Shown piece after piece: positions 61,801 to 64,000 of a stretch of DNA of 64,000 bases. Where the stretch lies: the NCBI GenBank assembly GCA_023920165.1, contig CP089275.1, forward strand, positions 992,001 through 1,056,000, written 5' to 3'. Position numbers and translations under genes: made by a program. Source of the DNA: Curvularia clavata (taxonomy: Eukaryota). Position 1 is the first letter of the stretch; each line of letters opens with the position of its first letter. Below the pieces are notes generated by a model. The model saw nothing but the letters and a program-made list of their open reading frames with translations. It was not told the origin of the DNA and searched no databases.

Positions 61801-64000
61801 CGCTCGCCATCCTGCTTTGCGCACTGTTTTCGTTGACAGTGTTTGCAAGGGTGGTGTGTTTGACCAGATCGTGCTGAAGAACCCAGACTCTGGAATTGTT
61901 ACTTGCACATGCAGCGAGGCTGAACTGTCTACGATGCTGCAGTCGATCAAGCACACTTCACTCAACGGCAAGAAGAAACCGGTTCTTCCGCATCAATCCG
62001 CTGTTATTCAGACCGCTTCTGGGCGTATCATCATGAAGCTCATCTTCAACCACTCTGTGATCGATGGAGGATCCCTTTCAATCATCGAAAACGATCTTCA
62101 AGAAGCCTACGAAGGCCGTCTTTCTACTGAAAGTCCACTTTACAGCGACTATATCAAGTACCTGCGTGAGCTGTCTGCAGATGAGGCCATCGGATACTGG
62201 AAAGCCAAACTTCGTGGTGTCACTCCATGCAATTTCCCTACAATGACACCAGGGGCAAAGAAGCAGAGACAACTAAGGTCGCTAGACATGCGGTTCAGTC
62301 GCTTCGACGAGCTCCATGGACTTGCGGAGAGCTGCAGCGTTACATTTGCCAACATTTTCTTGGCTGCCTGGGCAATCATACTGCGTAAATACACCAAATC
62401 TTCCGACGTATGCTACGGCTACCTTACTTCCGGGAGGGACGTGCCAGTCCAAAATGTCGCTAACGCCGTTGGGGCTTTCCTCAACATATTGGTGTCGCGT
62501 GTCGAAGTCAGTCCGTTCAACCAAGTTCTTCAGATCGTCCAAAAGGTGCAGTCCGACTTCATCGATTCTGCACCCCATCAACATTGCTCTCTCGCCCAGT
62601 TCCAACATGACTTGGGATTGTCCAACAAGGCTCTTTTCAATACTGCTGTTTCCATTCAAAAGCGCAGTGACCTGGATGATGAGGCACCATCAAGATCATC
62701 TATTGAGTTTGAGCAACTGGATGGTCATGATCCCAGCGAATTCGCCATCACAGTCAATATCGATGCTACCCGGAATGATGAGGGCGTGCGATTCACTTAC
62801 TGGGATGATGCCGTGACAGAAGAAGAGATAAAGAACGTCTCAAAGCTGATGTCGACAATCCTTGTTCAAGCTCTGAGCGATATCAAGCAGAGTGTTGGAA
62901 TCTTGGACGGTGTTATCAATGAACCCCTGGTGAACGAAACTAGAGCCCGCCTGGTGCCCCCAACATTACCTGCAGCCAATCCCCAGTCTGCTACGAACCT
63001 TGGGAGCCCGCCGACATCGCCTCTTACACCTCGAATAGCTCTCCCGGATATCTCTGCAACATCTCCTCCACCAGCCCAGACACCAGATTGGAATAACCTC
63101 ATTCGTTCCATTGTCAGCGAGATGGTGCCTCAGATCGTCAATCAGATCGTCGCTCAGAACAAACTTACTGTAGAAACGACATCTTCTACTATCGATCAAA
63201 TGACCACGCAGATGACGGGCCTGCTTAGTAGGAAAGCATCCACATATCATCATCGTGTTCGTGCCAGTCTTGACGGTCAGATCCCTCCCCCAGGCTCCAA
63301 TCGAGCAGAGTCTATTCGTTCTCGGCGCATGAGCCTCGTCAGCAACTCGGAAACCCGAATTCAAACAGCTGCCGACATGGTTGCTACTCTGGGCGCATAC
63401 GCCACCGAGAAATCACCCAAGGTGGCCCCAGACTTTGTAGAGAAGAAACTCCTCACCTTGTGGAGTGAGTTGCTGGAAATGGTAGAAGAGTCTATTGAGC
63501 AAGATCACAGCTTCTTCCAACTGGGAGGCGACAGTATTATTGCTATGCGGCTCGTTGGAGCTGCAAGGGAGGAAGGGCTGTCAATGACTGTCGCTGACGT
63601 GTTCAAGAACCCTACATTTTCCGACATGGCTCGCGTAGTACGTGTCGCGGGTGAAGTTATTGATGAGGTGATGTCCCGAGCTGGTGGCGAATCAGTGATG
63701 GGTGATGGAGATGTCGGAGAGCAGTCTAAGCATCGAGCTCGGGGATCTCGCGGAAGAGCAGCATCTATTTGGAGTGACATGCAGTCCGTTGCATCGGAGC
63801 TCCGAATCGACTTACAAGGACTAGTTCCCAACGATCAAATATCCCAGGATGGATCCGAAGTCGTAAGGAACGACACGAACTTCAGCAAGTGGCAAGGCTT
63901 CTCATCCCCAACTCACGAACGGCCATCATCGCCACGCAAAGCAACATACAAGACGACCCCAATACCCCAAACTGTTCACGAAGGAGTTGAAAGCTCTAAC
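43852..64000 (+). CDS. NPS4: Multimodular non-ribosomal peptide synthetase, NPS4/AbNPS2-like, running off the window; visible domains T-E-C-A-T-C-A-T-E-C-A-T-C-A-T-E-C-linker-T; introns 44330-44428, 45250-45303, 46776-46844, 55754-55805, 56723-56774, 60004-60056
   Basis: Six LGGDS carrier motifs (43954, 48769, 52015, 56778, 60059, 63521). Four A domains (TSG(S/T)TGxPKG, YGPxE, YxTGDL, A10 K-LD). Three E domains (HHLxxD, ExHGRx, RTxGWF, FNY). Five C domains (xHxxxDG). The last exon (60057-64000) is open to the window end and absent from the ORF track. The NPS4 assignment rests on recalled architecture and the divergent ABC gene, not on a search. Confidence 0.95.

Overview
Eukaryotic, filamentous-ascomycete genomic DNA. 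Genes have short GT-AG introns with CTAAC/CTGAC branch sites; the gene content suggests Dothideomycetes/Pleosporales (inference). The left ~31 kb holds about 14 mostly ordinary genes: a GNAT acetyltransferase, two MFS transporters, a PQ-loop protein, two uncharacterised membrane proteins, two GPI-anchored surface proteins, an EthD-like barrel protein, an F-box-like protein, a Bys1-domain secreted protein with an extra cystine-knot-like tail, and low-complexity hypotheticals. The right half is a divergent two-gene secondary-metabolite locus. A 10-intron ABCC/MRP exporter (34811-39825, minus) faces a very large NRPS (43852 to beyond the window end, plus). The visible NRPS architecture is T-E-C-A-T-C-A-T-E-C-A-T-C-A-T-E-C-(linker)-T..., resembling the NPS4/AbNPS2/fusahexin-synthetase group. 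Its first and sixth carrier domains have no adenylation domain of their own, which implies non-linear loading and an alternating D/L peptide, probably a hexapeptide. No rRNA, tRNA, CRISPR array or transposon was recognised. Exon boundaries were read by hand from splice signals and frame continuity; no database searches were run.
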